Of a stretch of 54,385 bases of DNA, positions 52,597 to 54,385 are shown in pieces. Origin of the DNA: Rotaria socialis (lineage: Eukaryota). Under the pieces are notes generated by a model. The model saw only the letters and a list, made by a program, of their open reading frames with translations. It was not told where the DNA came from and searched no databases. Every line of letters begins with the position of its first letter. Within the stretch, counting starts at the first letter, position 1. Location of the stretch: positions 1-54,385 of the forward strand of contig CAJNYD010000237.1 of the NCBI GenBank assembly GCA_905331295.1. Direction: 5' to 3'. Both the position numbers and the translations under genes were made by a program.

Positions 52597-53120
52597 TGTA
52601 ACCATTCAAGCAAATGTTTATTGAATATTCGTTTTTTCTTCTTTTAGACTAGGCTTGTTTGTGATATAATAAGATTATTCCATGCAGAATTATATATTCT
52701 GATCTGAAATAATAAGATTTTTGATAAAATTCTATCTTTCAAGAATAGAGAACTATATTATTATTATATTATTGTACTCTTAATTGATTTTCTCATATTT
52801 TCCAATCAAAATAAACTTTTTACATCGAAGACATTGCATTAATAATCATTCCATTGATACGATTGCTAACAACTCAATTCGTTCTTTTCTTTTAGGCAGA
52901 TTGCGAAAAATTGTTAGTATAGAGAAAAGCATCAGCTGTATATGCCAGTGTGCAACGAGATATATAAAGAAAGCAAGCTTGCTGTAACTGTCGATGAATA
53001 TTCAATCTCGCAAACAGACATGTTATAACATTAATGAAATAACCTATTATCATAAATAATTTTCTTGAAAACTAGGCTCATGGTGGAATAGCAAACAATA
53101 AAAAAAGCACACCCACACCC

Positions 53121-53938
53121 TTTTCACGCTATTTAGAGTTTCTTTCATACGATTTTTGATGCGAATAAAGCTCGGATCATTCCTGTTAATTTCAACTAAC
53201 TTACATTCTTCTTTTTTTTTATCACCCCGTTCTTTTGGCATTCTCAATTCATCATCGTTATCAACTTTCATTTTTAAAATATCTTGAGCATATATAACAA
53301 GTAACAACTCCTAATTTTTATTGAATAATAGGCAAAACGTAAAATAAGAAAGGAGTCTCTAGAAATTGCCATTTTGAAACATATTTTTTAAAAACGACAG
53401 ATTTGTTTGTGTTGCTGACAAGTAATATTCGATTTTAAATCGTTCAGTAAAAAAGATACTTATCGACTAGATAATACAAAAATATCTGTATACTTATTCG
53501 AAATTCCTTAATAACGAAAGAAAAACTATAACTCGTTCCTAATAGATATTCGTATTAGAAACAAGCATTGACTTACTAAATCTGATGATCATAAATTTAG
53601 GATTCTAGTCGTATCTTGCAAGCATCGAAATAAAACATTTCGCTTAAAAGCAACAGGAAATGAAACAATGTCTACGATTTGTCTTAAATGAAAACAAATT
53701 AATCGAAAAAACTATAATTTGTACTGTTCCTGTATTTAACTCCTCAATAATGCTATCAGATGAAAGAAACTATTTTGATAAAGACTTTAACTTTAACTTC
53801 AACTGAAATATGGATAAATCCTGGATTTCACTGAGCACAGTGCCAATGATTCATCGCATGCTTTCCTCTTAGCTTAGTTCTTTTTGATATTCTTAAAATA
53901 ATTTTGATTTGAAAACGAATCTTCGCTCTCAAAACTAC
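53121..53938 (-). pseudogene. Truncated relic of a PARP14/PARP12-like mono-ADP-ribosyltransferase gene
   Basis: Exon-like 53310-53121 encodes MPKERGDKKKEECKLVEINRNDPSFIRIKNRMKET, matching ungapped the remembered P-x-x-W-x-D...VEL..SDPEY..V...F..T entry to PARP catalytic domains (W appears as CGG, Arg). No IERIQN or HGT follows. The upstream exon-like segment from 53938 has stops. Confidence 0.5.
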
Positions 53939-54385
53939 CTGAAATGAACATTAAAGAAAGTGATTCCTACGATAAAGTGATCCTTATTTATCACAGTGTT
54001 TGAGAGTTTACTTCATGATATTCATTAAAAAAAGCAGATTTTTCATCGAGAGAGCAGAAATTCGTTTTCAGACACTTTAGTTATTAGTGTTGAATATGAA
54101 TCCTTTTTGAAATTTCTTTTCATACAAATACAATCATGATTTGGCCTAAAGGGATAATGACTCATATTAGTTTTACAATTCCTATTGCAAATTATCAGAG
54201 AGTATGATACTAGCTATTAGAATAGTTCTTTAACAATTGAACTTGATGTTGACTGATGCGTGGCCAACGATTCGATTGTTTACTTCATATATTGCAAATA
54301 ATTAATCAGTTATTTTGTGAATTTTTATCGTCACATCGATTCGTGATGTTAAAAACGTGCCACGCCTGCCAAACAACTAGATTTT

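Noticed and set aside
54355..54381. Helitron-like 3' end (CGTGCCACGCC...CTAG)
   Set aside because: The hairpin is poor, CTAG is followed by A rather than T, and no 5' end was found.
1..54385. CRISPR arrays, rRNA, tRNA, autonomous transposase/RT genes, clearly bacterial genes
   Set aside because: None seen by eye: no regularly spaced repeats, no long intronless foreign-looking ORFs and no transposase or RT motifs.

Overview
AT-rich animal genomic DNA with compact genes and many ~50-70 nt GT-AG introns. The gene architecture and the EGF-repeat GPCR family suggest a bdelloid rotifer, which is an inference. Spliced genes were reconstructed by hand. In order: a 5'-interrupted EGF-repeat class A GPCR; a possible 65-aa peptide gene; a tyramine receptor (TAR1/Oct-TyrR type); Rab28; an orphan coiled-coil protein; a decayed pseudogene; FoxQ2; kinesin-2 KIF17/OSM-3 with two GC-AG introns; a 92-aa single-pass membrane protein; Lingerer/UBAP2 head-to-head with a divergent Boule-like RRM gene; an unknown ~250-aa protein; a TMEM221/Jiraiya-like protein; a ~30-exon DEKA Nav1 sodium channel; and a truncated PARP-like relic. 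Several non-autonomous transposon-like elements are present, including a ~620-bp foldback inside a Lingerer intron. The most notable observations are the Asp->Ser change in the Nav domain IV outer pore (predicted TTX/saxitoxin resistance), the degenerate Nav IQ motif, a (TGTGGG)n-like tract at the point where the PARP relic breaks off, the Lingerer/Boule-like divergent pair, and a Trp->Asn change in Rab28. All family assignments come from remembered motifs; no database search was run.
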